Origin: Corythoichthys intestinalis
Taxonomy: Eukaryota
DNA length: 64,000 bases
Direction: 5' to 3'
Assembly: GCF_030265065.1 (NCBI RefSeq)
Contig: NC_080406.1
Span: 15,977,094 to 16,041,093, forward strand
This document shows positions 63,175 to 64,000 of the stretch, one piece after another. Below the pieces are notes generated by a model. The model had not been told where the DNA came from, did not search any database, and worked only from the letters and a program-made list of their open reading frames with translations. The translations under genes were made by a program, and so were the position numbers. Each line of letters opens with the position of its first letter. The first letter of the stretch is position 1.

Positions 63175-64000
63175 ACAGTTGTGGTCAAAAGTTTACATAC
63201 ACTTGTGAAGAACATAATGTCATGGCTCTCTTGAGTTTCCAGTTATTTCTACAACTCTGATTTTTCTCCGATAGAGTGATTGGAACAGATACTTCTTTGT
63301 CACAAAAAACATTCATGAAGTTTGGTTCTTTTATGACTTTATTATGGGTTAACAGAAAAAGTGATCAAATCTGCTGGGTCAAAAATATACATACAGCAAC
63401 ACGAATTAGCAATTTCTTGTGAGTGATTATTGACTTGAACAATCGTTGCCTTGAACAAGTCAGGAAAGTCACTTGGAGCCATTTCAAAGCAGCTGCAGGT
63501 CCCAAGAGCAACAGTGCAAACAATTGTTTGTAAGTATAAAGTGCATGGCACTGTTTTGTCACTGCCACGATCAGGAAGAAAACGCAAGCTATCACTTGCT
63601 GCTGAGAGAAAATTGGTCAGGAGGGTCAAGATTCAACCGAGAATCACCAAAAAGCAGATCTGCCAAGAATTAGAAGCTGCTGGAACACAGGTGTCAGTGT
63701 CCACAGTCAAGCGTGTTTTGCATTTGCATCTCCATGGACTGAGAGGCTGCCGTGCAAGAAGGAAGCCCTTGCTCCAAAAGCGGCACCTTAAGGCTCGACT
63801 GCTGATCACATGGACAAAGATAAGACCTTCTGGAGGAATGTTCTGTGGTCAGACGAAACAAAAATCGAGCTGTTTGGCCACAATGCCCAGCAATATGTTT
63901 GGAGGAGAAAAGGTGAGGCCTTTAACCCCAAGTACACCATGCCTACCGTCAAGCACAGTGGTGGTAGTATTATGCTGTGGGGCTGTTTTGCTTACAATGG
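63175..64000 (+). mobile_element. Sleeping-Beauty-like Tc1 transposon, 5' portion (TIR tacagttgtggtcaaaagtttacatacacttg); the transposase carries at least one frameshift and the element runs off the window
   Basis: The translation …SLGAISKQLQVPRATVQTIVCKYKVHGTV.SLPRSGRKRKLS.AAERKLVRRVKIQPRITKKQICQELEAAGTQVSVSTVKRVLH… then, in another frame, …ADHMDKDKTFWRNVLWSDETKIELFGHNAQQYVWRRKGEAFNPKYTMPTVKHSGGSIMLWGCFA closely matches SB-type Tc1 transposase. Confidence 0.85.

Overview
This window is vertebrate nuclear DNA, almost certainly teleost fish; nothing in it looks prokaryotic. The evidence is multi-exon genes with GT-AG introns of 70 nt to several kb, CpG-rich patches, and many fish-type DNA transposons: three Tc1/Sleeping-Beauty-like elements, hAT-N elements with the CAGGGGTSCCCAAC TIR, and at least eight MITE families. 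Five protein-coding genes were reconstructed by hand from exon translations and splice signals. (1) ube2a is complete on + (12696-21809, 6 exons) and encodes a 152-aa RAD6-type E2 nearly identical to human UBE2A. (2) ing1 is complete on - (25417-27971, 3 coding exons, 300 aa) and converges on the ube2a 3' end. (3) naxd (CARKD, ATP-dependent NAD(P)HX dehydratase) is on -, with 9 coding exons from 36056 to 51146. Its signal-peptide exon 1 sits about 10 kb upstream of exon 2. (4) Intron 1 of naxd holds a degenerate Tc1 element and, on the same strand, a complete two-exon Myb/SANT-like gene with a C-terminal coiled coil (43625-50549). (5) rab20 exon 1 is on + (56868-57057) with an upstream TATA box; exon 2 lies beyond the window. 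The order rab20-naxd-ing1 reproduces human 13q34 synteny, but CARS2 is absent and ube2a (X-linked in human) is adjacent. There is also a THAP-domain first exon (59022-59199, -), a hAT-N insertion flanked by a perfect 8-bp target-site duplication, a three-level nested transposon insertion, tandem duplications, and several long palindromic structures inside introns. Coordinates are hand-derived from the printed sequence. Those anchored to ORF-track ends are firm; repeat boundaries are accurate to about 10 bp. No tRNA, rRNA or CRISPR features were seen. No prokaryotic-style system is present; the interest lies in gene-structure details and TE biology.
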